The position numbers were made by a program, and so were the translations under genes. The notes beneath the pieces were generated by a model, which ran no database searches, was not told where the DNA came from, and was given only the letters and a program-made list of their open reading frames with translations. Of a stretch of 50,720 nucleotides of DNA, positions 9,286-19,067 are shown piece by piece. Source of the DNA: Candidatus Nanoanaerosalina halalkaliphila (GTDB taxonomy: Archaea > Nanohalarchaeota > Nanosalinia > Nanosalinales > Nanoanaerosalinaceae); NCBI GenBank assembly GCA_022729335.1, contig JALDAE010000002.1, positions 1-50,720 of the forward strand. Reading direction: 5' to 3'. The stretch's first letter is position 1, and each line of letters starts with the position of its first letter.

Positions 9286-9831
9286 TTACCCCTCTGACTC
9301 TACCTCCTCGTCGAAATAGTTGAGGAACTCCTCCTCGCTGACACCTGTATCTTTTTTGAAATCTTCGAGAGAATCAAGTTCGAAGTAATCGAAGAACTCG
9401 TCCGTGACATCCAGTACTTTTGTTCTTCCCTCCTTGGAAGAGCTGATAAGCCCTCTTTCCTCCAGGTCTTTTATCTGATTATAGGCCCTGTTACCCCTGA
9501 CATCCACTATCTTGGACTGTTTCACGGGGGCGTTGTATGCTATTATGGAGAGAGTTCGCAGCTTTGCCTCCGATATGTCCTGGTGAGGTGCGTACTCCTT
9601 CACCCTGTCTATGTACCTCTCCTTGACCTGTAGCATGTAACCGTTCTTGGTTTCTATGAGCTCCAGACCTCTATTATCCTCTTCTAGATCATCTTCATAG
9701 CTCTCTATAAGAGTCTGTACGAAACCCTTGGAACCTATGTTCATCAGGTCGGCTATCTGCTCGTTGCTAAGTGGTTCCTCCGACACGAAAAGCGCTGCCT
9801 CAAGTACTCCTTTTTTCTCTTCCATTTTCAA
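9286..9831 (-). CDS. scpB: SMC-associated kite protein ScpB
   Basis: LEAALFVSEEPL, LRTLSIIAYNAPVKQSKIVDVRG, GRT...VTDEFFDYF. Confidence 0.93.
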   Translation of the reverse strand: MKMEEKKGVLEAALFVSEEPLSNEQIADLMNIGSKGFVQTLIESYEDDLEEDNRGLELIETKNGYMLQVKERYIDRVKEYAPHQDISEAKLRTLSIIAYNAPVKQSKIVDVRGNRAYNQIKDLEERGLISSSKEGRTKVLDVTDEFFDYFELDSLEDFKKDTGVSEEEFLNYFDEEVESEG

Positions 9832-9835
9832 ACCC

Positions 9836-10579
9836 TCAGTTGTTCTCCAGCGGAGATATCTTTATATCCCCGAAGAACTCCTCCTGTTTACACATTATCT
9901 TTTCGTCTGTTTCAAGGTGGAGTATGTGGCTGAATTTCTCCAGTTTCTCCTCCTTGTTCCTCTCCTCCAATATCTTTTCGAAATGTATTGTCTCTCCTTC
10001 AGCTTCGAAAAAGTCCTCAAGCCTGTTCATCAGTTCATCGAGCTTGTCAGAGATATCGCGAGAGTCCAGGTCTATAAACTCCTCCTGGTTCTTGAAACGT
10101 TCCTCCCTTCTTTTCTTCCTTTTTTTCTGTATCTCAAGAGCTTTGTCCAGAGCTTCCTTCAGTTCATCGACGCTAACCCTTCTTACAGGTCTTTTCTTTA
10201 TCTTGGGCCTGACGTTTTCTTCCGGAACCTCTATACTCTCCTCTTCCTCAACAAAATCCTGTTCAAACTCTTCAAACTCTTCGTGATCTTCAAAATCATC
10301 CGGCTGTTCTTCCTGGTTCGTATCCGACATCATATCAGTCTTCATCCTTAGAAGAAAAGCGCATATAAACATCATCCTGGCAGGAATCTCAAGGTTAAGT
10401 CTTTCAAGCCGTTCAAGGTATTTTCTGAACCTTTCGGCTATCTTGACTATGTCAACTGCCCAGGGATCCATGTCCTGGGAGAACCTGTCAACTATCTGCC
10501 TCCAGTTCTTGGAATGTAACTTCTCAAAGCTGAAGCTATCAAGTTCTAGCTCTTCCGGGGGCTCACCAACCATATTCAA
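9836..10579 (-). CDS. scpA: Kleisin ScpA; start probably ATG 10573
   Basis: MDPWAVDIVKIAERF N-terminal kleisin motif; C-terminal winged helix F.HILHL....QEEFFGDI; adjacent to scpB and smc. Confidence 0.88.
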   Translation of the reverse strand: MNMVGEPPEELELDSFSFEKLHSKNWRQIVDRFSQDMDPWAVDIVKIAERFRKYLERLERLNLEIPARMMFICAFLLRMKTDMMSDTNQEEQPDDFEDHEEFEEFEQDFVEEEESIEVPEENVRPKIKKRPVRRVSVDELKEALDKALEIQKKRKKRREERFKNQEEFIDLDSRDISDKLDELMNRLEDFFEAEGETIHFEKILEERNKEEKLEKFSHILHLETDEKIMCKQEEFFGDIKISPLENN

Positions 10580-10656
10580 TTGATTGTTTACGCAGGTCTA
10601 TAAACATTTGCCATCCTAAAATCTTCTCCGGACCCGGAAAAAGAAAGAAAAAGTTT

Positions 10657-11421
10657 CTATGGTATCTTCTCCCTAAAACCTTTCAGTTCTTCAAGTGCGT
10701 TCTCCATCAGACCTGTTTCCTCGAGTATGTCGGAGTGTTTTTCGATAAATCTTTCAAGGTTTTCCGCAAGCTCTTCAGCCGCCGCTCTACTAGAAACACT
10801 TTCTTCATGCATGAAATACTTGACAAGCACTTCATCAACAAAAACAGGTTCTCCAAACTTTTCTATAGTCCTTACCCACATGTCAGAGTCCTCCCATATA
10901 TCCAGGTTTTCGTCGAAAAATCCGATCTCGTCAAAAACTTCTCTTGAGAAGACAGCTGTGGACGGAGGAACTGTGTGCCCCTTTAGAACTGATTTTTTCA
11001 TGGTCATACCCTGGAAAAACGGTTTCCCTATCTTCTTCTTTTTCTCCTTGAGAAAAACCTTCTGAAACTTGGATACAGCCATCTGCCCATCTTGAATATC
11101 AAGCGCCATGATCTTCTCCTCCAGGTTTTCGGGGAACCAAACATCATCAGAATCAATAAAAGCTATGTAATCGCCGGATGATTTTTCTATACCCTTGTTC
11201 CTGGCCTCGGAAACCCCGGTTCCGTGCACCAGATACTCGACTCTTTCATCATCGAAGCTTTTCACGGCCTCTTCTGTATTATCCTCTGTTCTTTCGTCAT
11301 CAACCACCAGAACCTCCAAATTTTGGTATGTCTGGTTAAGGACGGATGCAAGAGAACGATATATCTCTTTTTCCCGGTTGTACGTCGGCAAAACAACGGA
11401 AACAAGTTTTTCAGAGTTCAA
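10657..11421 (-). CDS. GT2 family glycosyltransferase
   Basis: VSVVLPTYNR, VLVVDD, ARNKGI, YIAFIDSDD (DXD), ED motif. Confidence 0.9.
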   Translation of the reverse strand: MNSEKLVSVVLPTYNREKEIYRSLASVLNQTYQNLEVLVVDDERTEDNTEEAVKSFDDERVEYLVHGTGVSEARNKGIEKSSGDYIAFIDSDDVWFPENLEEKIMALDIQDGQMAVSKFQKVFLKEKKKKIGKPFFQGMTMKKSVLKGHTVPPSTAVFSREVFDEIGFFDENLDIWEDSDMWVRTIEKFGEPVFVDEVLVKYFMHEESVSSRAAAEELAENLERFIEKHSDILEETGLMENALEELKGFREKIP

Positions 11422-13915
11422 TGCTCCTCACCTTGGAGACGCCTTCCTGTATGCTTACTCCGTAGGCTCTGTCCGCATGCCTTACGGTTTGCTCGTTGTG
11501 AGAAACCATTATGACTTGAGAGTGTTGAGAATATTCTCTGATAAGTTTTGAAAGTATCTTGGAGTTTTTCTTGTCAAGAGCAGCATCTATCTCATCCATC
11601 AGGTAGAAAGGTGATGGGTCGTACTCCTGTATCGCGAATATGAAAGATATCGCCGTGAAGGTTTTTTCCCCTCCGGAAAGAGAATCGATCGTGTTGGGAT
11701 CCTTGTCAGGCGGTCTGGCCTTTAGCAAAAGACCTGAATCAATGTTCCCCTCTTCCTCGAGTTCAAGGTATGCATCTCCTCCTTCAAAAAGAGTCTGGAA
11801 TATCTCCCCGAACTTATCGGAAACTTTTTCCATGGTGTTCATGAATTTTTCTTCTTTTTTCGCCTCTATCTCCGCTATCATCTCTTCGATCTCTTCTTTC
11901 TCGTTTTTAATGCTGTTGAACTTTTCCTTGAACTCGTCGTACTCCTCTTTAAAATTGTGGTATTCCTCTATAGCTTTCATGTTGACGTTTCCAAGTCTGT
12001 TTATCTTCCTTACAACGTTTGATTTTTTCCTTTTAAGCTCGTCTACGCTTCCCTCCACCCTTTCAAGCTCCTCTCCCTCATAGGCTTCGAGTTCATCGCT
12101 TATGTTTTCAAGCTCTCCCTCGAATCTTGCCCTCTTCTTTCTTACATCGCCTATCTTTCTCTTGAGACGATTTATCTCTTCAGCAAGCTCCTTGCGTTCC
12201 TCTCTCTTTTCTTTCATCTCCTGTTTTATCTCTTTTTTCTCCTGCTTCAGTTCATCGGATACCTGGCTCTTCTCCTCTTCCTCTTCCCTTTTATCTTCGA
12301 GAAGCTTGTTCAAATTACCTATTTCTTTTTTAAGCTCGCTTATCTCTTCCTCAAGTTTTTCTTTCTCTTTCTTCTTTTTCTCGGGGTTTAAAGAGCTCTT
12401 GGATTTTCTTTTGGATCTTTTTCTCCTTTTTCTTCCTCCGGTCATCGACCCTCCTTTTCTCATTATGTCTCCATCTAGAGATACGGCTCTCACGCGTCCT
12501 GCGTTGGACAGGCTCTTCAGATTTTCGCATACAAGCGTGTCCCCAAGCACATAGCTCATCACTTTCTCGTATTTCTGATCGTAGTCCACAAGGTTGAGAG
12601 CGAAGTCTATGACACCCGCCATCTTGACAGCTCTCTTGGAAGAAGACGATCTGTTCCTAGAAGATATCTTGTCCATCGGCAGGAACGTGGCTCTCCCAAC
12701 ATTGTTCTTTTTCAGGAAGTTTATGCACCTGTTCGCTACATCCCTGGAATCTACAACCACGTTATCGTACTTTCCTCCCATAGCGGTCTCTATACCTACT
12801 GCGAACCTTTCCTCGTAATGAATAAGCTGTCCAACCGTTCCGTGTACACCGTCAAATCCCTGTTCCAGGACTTTTTTTACGGCTCTGTTGCTTCCGGAAT
12901 AATCCGAAATCTTCTCGTATTCCTCCAGAAGACTATCAATATTATTTATTTTATCTCTCTTGTTTTCTATCTTGTCTTTCTTCCTCTCTATTTTTCCCTT
13001 GAGTCTTTCGATCTCTGTGACAATATTAGAATCTTTTTCAGACTCTATGCTTTCCTCTATTTCTTCTTTCTTTATCTCGAGCTCTTCGAGCTCCTCGTCT
13101 ATACTTTCCAGCTCTTCCTCTTTTTGACTTATCTCCTCTTCCTTGTCGGATTCTCCAAGCGCCTCCATCTGGTTCTTCAGGGCATCCTCCCTCGCCCTGA
13201 GGATCGAATATTTTATCCTTCGTTTCTCATCCTGAAGCTTCTGAAGTTTTTCTGCAGCTTCTTTCTGCTCCCTCAAGTTTTCCAGCCGGTCTTTTTTCAT
13301 TTCCTTCTTTATTTCAAACCTTTCAAGCCTGTTTTCCACTTCTTCAAGCTCTTCCAGGCTTTTTTCTTTTTTGTCCTCGTACGAAGAAATCCCTGAAATC
13401 CTGTCAACAATTTCTCTTCTTTCAACAGGGGTTCTCTCAACTATCTCGGTGACCTGCCCCTGCCTGACAAAATGATAACCTGAATCACTAACCCCTGCAA
13501 CTTCAAGGACCTTGTCTATCTTTGACCTCTTGCAGTTGTTTCCCTGAAACCTGTAGGTCGAGTACCCGTTTCTCTTGATCTTTCTTCCTATCACGACCGT
13601 GTCGGAGTCCTCTTCCAGTAATTCGTCGAAGGTTCCATCGGAGTTATCCAGGTAAAGTTTGACCACCGCTTCTTCGGCGGGCTTCCTGTCCTCGCCTCCG
13701 TTGAAAATAAGCTGTGGTAATTTCTCGGCTCTTAGTTGGGACGACCTTGTTCCCATCACAAATCTCATGGCGTCCATGATATTGGATTTGCCGCTTCCGT
13801 TGCTTCCCACGATAGCCGTGAGTCCGGGGAAAAAAGGTATGGCTGTCTGTCTCTGAAAGCTCTTGAACCCTTTGAGGTAAAGCTTCTGTATCATCGAGTT
13901 GTTTTCTTCAGCCAT
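11411..13915 (-). CDS. smc: Chromosome segregation protein SMC with short coiled-coil arms (834 aa)
   Basis: Walker A GSNGSGKS, Q-loop, hinge (GVHGTVGQLI, GRATFLP, GGSMTGG), signature LSGGEK, Walker B/D-loop YLMDEIDAALD, H-loop VSH. Confidence 0.95.
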   Translation of the reverse strand: MAEENNSMIQKLYLKGFKSFQRQTAIPFFPGLTAIVGSNGSGKSNIMDAMRFVMGTRSSQLRAEKLPQLIFNGGEDRKPAEEAVVKLYLDNSDGTFDELLEEDSDTVVIGRKIKRNGYSTYRFQGNNCKRSKIDKVLEVAGVSDSGYHFVRQGQVTEIVERTPVERREIVDRISGISSYEDKKEKSLEELEEVENRLERFEIKKEMKKDRLENLREQKEAAEKLQKLQDEKRRIKYSILRAREDALKNQMEALGESDKEEEISQKEEELESIDEELEELEIKKEEIEESIESEKDSNIVTEIERLKGKIERKKDKIENKRDKINNIDSLLEEYEKISDYSGSNRAVKKVLEQGFDGVHGTVGQLIHYEERFAVGIETAMGGKYDNVVVDSRDVANRCINFLKKNNVGRATFLPMDKISSRNRSSSSKRAVKMAGVIDFALNLVDYDQKYEKVMSYVLGDTLVCENLKSLSNAGRVRAVSLDGDIMRKGGSMTGGRKRRKRSKRKSKSSLNPEKKKKEKEKLEEEISELKKEIGNLNKLLEDKREEEEEKSQVSDELKQEKKEIKQEMKEKREERKELAEEINRLKRKIGDVRKKRARFEGELENISDELEAYEGEELERVEGSVDELKRKKSNVVRKINRLGNVNMKAIEEYHNFKEEYDEFKEKFNSIKNEKEEIEEMIAEIEAKKEEKFMNTMEKVSDKFGEIFQTLFEGGDAYLELEEEGNIDSGLLLKARPPDKDPNTIDSLSGGEKTFTAISFIFAIQEYDPSPFYLMDEIDAALDKKNSKILSKLIREYSQHSQVIMVSHNEQTVRHADRAYGVSIQEGVSKVRSIEL

Positions 13916-13945
13916 GAGTCCTTTCCTCTAAAATAAAAAAAGAGA

Positions 13946-15250
13946 TCAAGGTGTTAGCCTTGACGGATCTCTTGGGAATAGTATTCCCTCCTTGATGTTG
14001 TCAAGCTCCAGAAGTTTTGTGACAAGCCTGTCAAGTCCCATTCCGAAACCTCCGTGTGGAGGCATTCCGAACTTGAACGCTTCAAGATAGAAAGAAAAGT
14101 TTGACTTGTCTACTCCTTCTTCATCCATTGCATCAAGTATGACGTCAAGTCTGTGCTCTCTCTGTCCTCCTGAAGAAAGTTCCTGGCCCCTGAAAATCAG
14201 GTCGAACTTTCTGGATGCCATCTCGTCTTCTTCCCTGTCCTGCATGTAGTAGAATTTTTCGCCAGGATAACCTACAACGAAAAAGAACTCGTGGCCTTTC
14301 TCTTCAAAGTACTCTCCAAGAAGCTTCTCTCCCTTTGTATCAAGGTCTCCTTCTTCATCTGGCTGGTAGTCGAACTCCTCGTCAAGTATCTCTATTGCTC
14401 TGTCAAAAGTTATCCTCGGGAAGTCTTCCTCGGGCACTTCAAGATCCACGTCCATAACCTCTAGCTCTCTGGAAGCGTGTTCGTTCAGGTACTCGATAAG
14501 GTGTTTCAGACCTCCTTCAAGAGCGTCCATGACATCGTTGTGATCGTCTATGAAAGATAGCTCCACGTCCCACTGTGTAAACTCTGAAACATGTCTCGAT
14601 GTTCCGAAGTTCTCGGCTCTAAACGAAGGACCTATCTCGTAGACCCTGTCAAAGCCTGCGGCCATCAACATCTGCTTGTAAAGCTGAGGGGACTGCCTTA
14701 GAAAAGCTTCTTCTTGATAGTATATAACCGGGAAAAGTGTTGCTCCTCCCTCTGCACCTCCCTTTGAAATAATAGGAGTATGTATCTCGATATATCCCTC
14801 ATCGTCGTAGTACTCCCTCAAACCGGTCACCACCTTGTCCCTGAAGGAGAAGATATCGAAAACGTGTTTTTTCCGCAGATCCATAAACCTCTTGTCAAGT
14901 CTTGTCGATAGATCCGAATCAACAGATCCCGTGACCTCAAGAGGTAGAGGAGATTCTGCCTGTCCTATAATATCCATTCTTTCTGGTTTTATCTCTCTTC
15001 CGCCCGGAGCCTGATCGTTTTCTTCGACATTTCCAACTATCTCGACAACGTCCTCGTTTCCCAGGCTTTTTCCGTTTTCGAAAAGCTGTTCGTTGAGTTC
15101 ATCCTTCTTGAAGGTTACCTGAACTTCGCCTTCCCTATCTCTTACAACTACAAATACAAGTTTACCGATGTCTCTTATCTCATGAACCCATCCAGCTATC
15201 TTTACCTTGTCGTCATCTGGTTTCACATCTATGCTGTACTTTCTATCCAT
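13946..15250 (-). CDS. aspS: Archaeal aspartyl-tRNA synthetase, probably non-discriminating Asp/Asn
   Basis: GWVHEIRD, QSPQLYKQ, FRAE, SGGQREH, GMPPHGGFGMGLDR, FPRDP. Confidence 0.95.
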   Translation of the reverse strand: MDRKYSIDVKPDDDKVKIAGWVHEIRDIGKLVFVVVRDREGEVQVTFKKDELNEQLFENGKSLGNEDVVEIVGNVEENDQAPGGREIKPERMDIIGQAESPLPLEVTGSVDSDLSTRLDKRFMDLRKKHVFDIFSFRDKVVTGLREYYDDEGYIEIHTPIISKGGAEGGATLFPVIYYQEEAFLRQSPQLYKQMLMAAGFDRVYEIGPSFRAENFGTSRHVSEFTQWDVELSFIDDHNDVMDALEGGLKHLIEYLNEHASRELEVMDVDLEVPEEDFPRITFDRAIEILDEEFDYQPDEEGDLDTKGEKLLGEYFEEKGHEFFFVVGYPGEKFYYMQDREEDEMASRKFDLIFRGQELSSGGQREHRLDVILDAMDEEGVDKSNFSFYLEAFKFGMPPHGGFGMGLDRLVTKLLELDNIKEGILFPRDPSRLTP

Positions 15251-15327
15251 TTATAACAACCTATTTAACCCAATCCGTGCCTATATTTAAATGGTTTTCT
15301 TCGACTAAAAAAATGTTGCCAAGGATT

Positions 15328-15996
15328 TCAGAAATCACCTATACTGGACTGTTTTTTCTGCTGAACAATCTTCTTAGCGGTGCTCCAGGACATCCTTGTC
15401 TCCTCGGGCATCTCCCCGTTTTTGCTGTAATAATCCTCAAGAAAATTTATGGTGGGTTTGTCATGCGGGTATCCGGATCTGAAGTCCCGTCCATATTTTT
15501 TCTTAAGTTCTTCAACATGATTTTCCCTTGCGTTCTTAGCTACTATAGACGCTGCAGAAACTATAGGATAGTTTTCATCAGCAGAATGCTCGGCAACTAT
15601 CTCTAAATCCTTGAAGTTATCGGGTAGCTCTTCAATTATCTTTCTGCCAAATCTTTCTCCATCGGGCTCCGGGAGGTCGACTATCGCGCGATCCGCCTCC
15701 AATTTTTTTATTACTCTAGAGAAACCTCTGAGCTCTATAACGTTGAGCGACATAATTTTTCTGAGTTCATCGATCTCCGAAGCCGTGAACTCTTCAACAA
15801 CTATTTTTTCGCAGAAATCCTCAACTTTTTTACCTAGTTCTCTTCGTTTACTGTCAGAAAGCTTTTTCGAGTCCTTGAAACCCATTGTATCAAGCTTTTC
15901 CATATCTTTCTCGTCCACCAGAACTCCAGCAATAAACATAGACCCGATTACAGGCCCTCGACCTGCTTCATCTATCCCGCATATCTTTTTCCCCAT
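15328..15996 (-). CDS. rnhB: Ribonuclease HII
   Basis: GIDEAGRGPVIG, KDSKKL, VSAASIVAK, SGYPHD, RMSWST. Confidence 0.95.
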   Translation of the reverse strand: MGKKICGIDEAGRGPVIGSMFIAGVLVDEKDMEKLDTMGFKDSKKLSDSKRRELGKKVEDFCEKIVVEEFTASEIDELRKIMSLNVIELRGFSRVIKKLEADRAIVDLPEPDGERFGRKIIEELPDNFKDLEIVAEHSADENYPIVSAASIVAKNARENHVEELKKKYGRDFRSGYPHDKPTINFLEDYYSKNGEMPEETRMSWSTAKKIVQQKKQSSIGDF

Positions 15997-16058
15997 TCAA
16001 AAGAACCCGAACAAAACTTGTTTTCTCAGGCTTTTCAAGTTAAGGAAAAAAAGAAAAA

Positions 16059-16631
16059 CTAGTCAAGAAACTCTATGTCCCTGTAAAAAATCTTTCTGTT
16101 CTCGAATTCCTCGGGAGACTCTGGTTCGGTGTGGAAAAACGGTTTTAACAGCATATCAGAGTTCTCTCCTCTTACATAGATGCCTTTTTCTCTGCTTCGC
16201 ATCATTTCGTCGTCTCCATACAAAACTTTCTTTGCTGCTCTAACATTGTTTACAAATTCGCCGCTTCTATAAGGCTTCAGGATCTCTCCTTCATCATCCC
16301 ATAAAGATATTTCTACTTCTGCTCCTTTTTCTTCAAGGTACTCTCCAACGGTCTTGGACTGTTTTTTGACCCCGAAAGGTTTTGAGGGGTTGTCGATTTT
16401 CATCTTTCTTATCCTGTCGTATTCTTCATCAGTCAGCAGAACCTTTTCTTTATCTCCAAAAAAACCTTCTTCTTTAAGCTTGTAGTTCCTTACATTGTAA
16501 CCGATTTTTGGCCGAAATCCGTCCATATAAGGCCTTCCCATCGTGCTTCTGTCTTCTTCAAGTTCGTAATCTCCGATTTTTCCTACTGTCTCGTACTCTT
16601 CATCGCTTTTTCCAAGCAGTTTTTCTAGCAA
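16059..16631 (-). CDS. Hypothetical protein
   Basis: 190-aa ORF with GGAGG RBS before the TTG start; host-like composition. Confidence 0.65.
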   Translation of the reverse strand: MLEKLLGKSDEEYETVGKIGDYELEEDRSTMGRPYMDGFRPKIGYNVRNYKLKEEGFFGDKEKVLLTDEEYDRIRKMKIDNPSKPFGVKKQSKTVGEYLEEKGAEVEISLWDDEGEILKPYRSGEFVNNVRAAKKVLYGDDEMMRSREKGIYVRGENSDMLLKPFFHTEPESPEEFENRKIFYRDIEFLD

Positions 16632-16773
16632 TTAGGACCCTCCACAGCTTTATTGGAGTAACTAATATATAAAAGTTACTACTTTATGATTACAATACCC
16701 GTTACTTATTCTGGCACGAAAACGTTCTATTTTATAAACCCGTTCCCACAATTAATTTATCGGGGGATCTAAA

Positions 16774-17793
16774 ATGACTAACATAGTTATCAACGGAGTC
16801 GGGACTATCGGCAAGAGAGTGGCCGAAGCTGTGAAAAAACAGGAAGACATGACGCTCTACGCCTTATCTGACGTTGCTCCAAATCCTGAGCTAAGAACCG
16901 TAAAGGAAAACTTTCTAAACGATACAAGATTGCTTGCTTCGACGGAATCAGCTGTCGACGACCTTCAGGAAGGAGGTCTTGAAGTCGATGGAGTTCTCGA
17001 GGAACATATTGACGAAATAGATCTAATAGTTGATGCCACCCCATCAGGTATAGATGAAAAGAACAAGGAAAATATCTACGAGCCTAACGATGTGAAGGCT
17101 ATATTCCAGGGCGGTTCCGACAAGAGTATCGCAGATGTATCATTCAACGCTGACGCAAACTACGAAGATGCTCTTGGTGAGGACTACGTGAGAGTTGTTT
17201 CGTGCAACACAACATCACTCTGCAGGACACTTTATGAACTTGATGACAGTTTCGGAGTAAACGAGGCAAACGTGAACCTGGTAAGAAGAGGAGGAGATCC
17301 CAAAGAAGATTCTAGAGGACCCATAAACTCTATTATACCGGTTACTGACGTTCCGTCTCACCACGGACCTGACGTGCAGGAAGTAATGCCGGAAATAGAC
17401 ATTACTACCCTTGCAGTGAAGGTTCCAACAACCCTGGCTCACGTTCACATGGTCACAACAGAGATAGAGGATGATGCAACGGAAGAAGACGTGAAAAGGG
17501 TTTTCGAAAAAAGCACTCGTATAAGCCTTGAATCAGCAGAAGAAGGCTTTTCATCAACAGCAAAGATTACAGAAAAAATGCGGGACATGCACAGAGAAAG
17601 AAACGACATGAACGAAGTAGCTGTGTGGGAGGAAACCATAACAGTCGAGGGCAAAAAAGTCTACTGGATACACATGACCCACCAGGAGTCCATAGTTGTA
17701 CCAGAAACCATAGACGCCATAAGAGCTATGCTCGAAATGGAAGAAGACAAACTCGCATCGATAGGTAAAACAAACGAAGCCCTTGGAATCTAG
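16774..17793 (+). CDS. gap: Archaeal type II phosphorylating glyceraldehyde-3-phosphate dehydrogenase
   Basis: INGVGTIGKRVA, VVSCNTT (catalytic Cys), PSHHGPDV, HQESIVVPE. Confidence 0.95.
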   Translation: MTNIVINGVGTIGKRVAEAVKKQEDMTLYALSDVAPNPELRTVKENFLNDTRLLASTESAVDDLQEGGLEVDGVLEEHIDEIDLIVDATPSGIDEKNKENIYEPNDVKAIFQGGSDKSIADVSFNADANYEDALGEDYVRVVSCNTTSLCRTLYELDDSFGVNEANVNLVRRGGDPKEDSRGPINSIIPVTDVPSHHGPDVQEVMPEIDITTLAVKVPTTLAHVHMVTTEIEDDATEEDVKRVFEKSTRISLESAEEGFSSTAKITEKMRDMHRERNDMNEVAVWEETITVEGKKVYWIHMTHQESIVVPETIDAIRAMLEMEEDKLASIGKTNEALGI

Positions 17794-17803
17794 TTGATAA
17801 AAA

Positions 17804-19027
17804 ATGAATGAAAAACCTGTAACACTGTCGTTCGAGGTACATCAGCCCCATAGACTCAGGACAGACGGAGTTAACGAGGAGGCTGACACGCTATATGACC
17901 GTTATTTCGATGACAGGATGAACGAACATTTTTTCAAGGATGTTGCTGAGAACTGCTACTTTCCTGCAACTGACAGGTTGCTGGCTGCAGCAGAACACTT
18001 TCTGGATAAAGACAAACAGTTCAAGGTGAACTTTTCGATCTCCAGTTCGTGGATAGAACAGGCCAGACAGTACCATCCCGAACTTATAGAACTTCTGAAC
18101 AAATTTCCTGACGAAACAATCGATTTCATAGGGCAGAGCCATTACCACTCGCTGGCAGGACTGTTCGATGACAAGACCGAGTTCAGGACTCAGCTAAACA
18201 AGCATAAATCAATAATCAAAGAAGAGTTCGGTGTCGTTCCAGAGGTCATGACAAACACAGAGCTTATCTATCACAACGGTATAGGAAAGATATCCGCAGA
18301 GGAAGGATACAAAGGAATATTTACAGAGGGTGTTCCAAGGATTCTCGAGTGGAGATCCCCCAACCACATCTACACTCAGCCCCACATGGAAGACAGGGGT
18401 AACGCGATACTTTTGAGGAACAGGGAGCTTACAGATGACGTTGGATACAGGTTTTCTGCAGAATGGTGGGACGAATATCCACTTACAGCAGGTAAATACG
18501 CATCATGGCTTTCTGCAGAACCCGGAGAAGTTCTGAACCTGTTCATGGACTATGAAACATTTGGAGAGCACCACTGGAAAGGAACAGGCATACTAAGCTT
18601 CCTTTCTGATCTTCCGCACAAGGTGCTTGCAAGGGAAGATCTCAGGTTCGAGAAAGTCAGAGACGTCACCGATATCGATCCCGTAGGGGAGTTCGACGCC
18701 TTCGAGTTCAACACCGTTTCCTGGGCTGACCAGGAGATGGACGAGACCGCATGGCTCGGAAACCCCGTGCAGAAAAAACTGTTCGAATTCCTTGAGGATC
18801 TTGAAGAAAAGGTGAAGAAAGTTGCGAAGGACAACGAGGAATACCTGGAAGTATGGAGAAAGATGCTTACCTCCGATCATTTGCACCATATAGCTACAAA
18901 GACCTACGACGATCACTCGGTGCACAACTACTTCTCATACTTCGATCATCCGCACCAGGGATTCGCAGTAATTTTCGATCACCTGACCGATTTCAGGCTA
19001 AAAGTGGAGGAAGAGCTTAGAAAGTGA
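17804..19027 (+). CDS. GH57 alpha-amylase-like glycoside hydrolase
   Basis: FEVHQP, HYHSLA, NTELIY (nucleophile), FMDYETFGEH, TSDH. Confidence 0.92.
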   Translation: MNEKPVTLSFEVHQPHRLRTDGVNEEADTLYDRYFDDRMNEHFFKDVAENCYFPATDRLLAAAEHFLDKDKQFKVNFSISSSWIEQARQYHPELIELLNKFPDETIDFIGQSHYHSLAGLFDDKTEFRTQLNKHKSIIKEEFGVVPEVMTNTELIYHNGIGKISAEEGYKGIFTEGVPRILEWRSPNHIYTQPHMEDRGNAILLRNRELTDDVGYRFSAEWWDEYPLTAGKYASWLSAEPGEVLNLFMDYETFGEHHWKGTGILSFLSDLPHKVLAREDLRFEKVRDVTDIDPVGEFDAFEFNTVSWADQEMDETAWLGNPVQKKLFEFLEDLEEKVKKVAKDNEEYLEVWRKMLTSDHLHHIATKTYDDHSVHNYFSYFDHPHQGFAVIFDHLTDFRLKVEEELRK

Positions 19028-19067
19028 TCCTCCAGAAAAAAACTCTTTTTTATTTTTCTAGCTAAAG

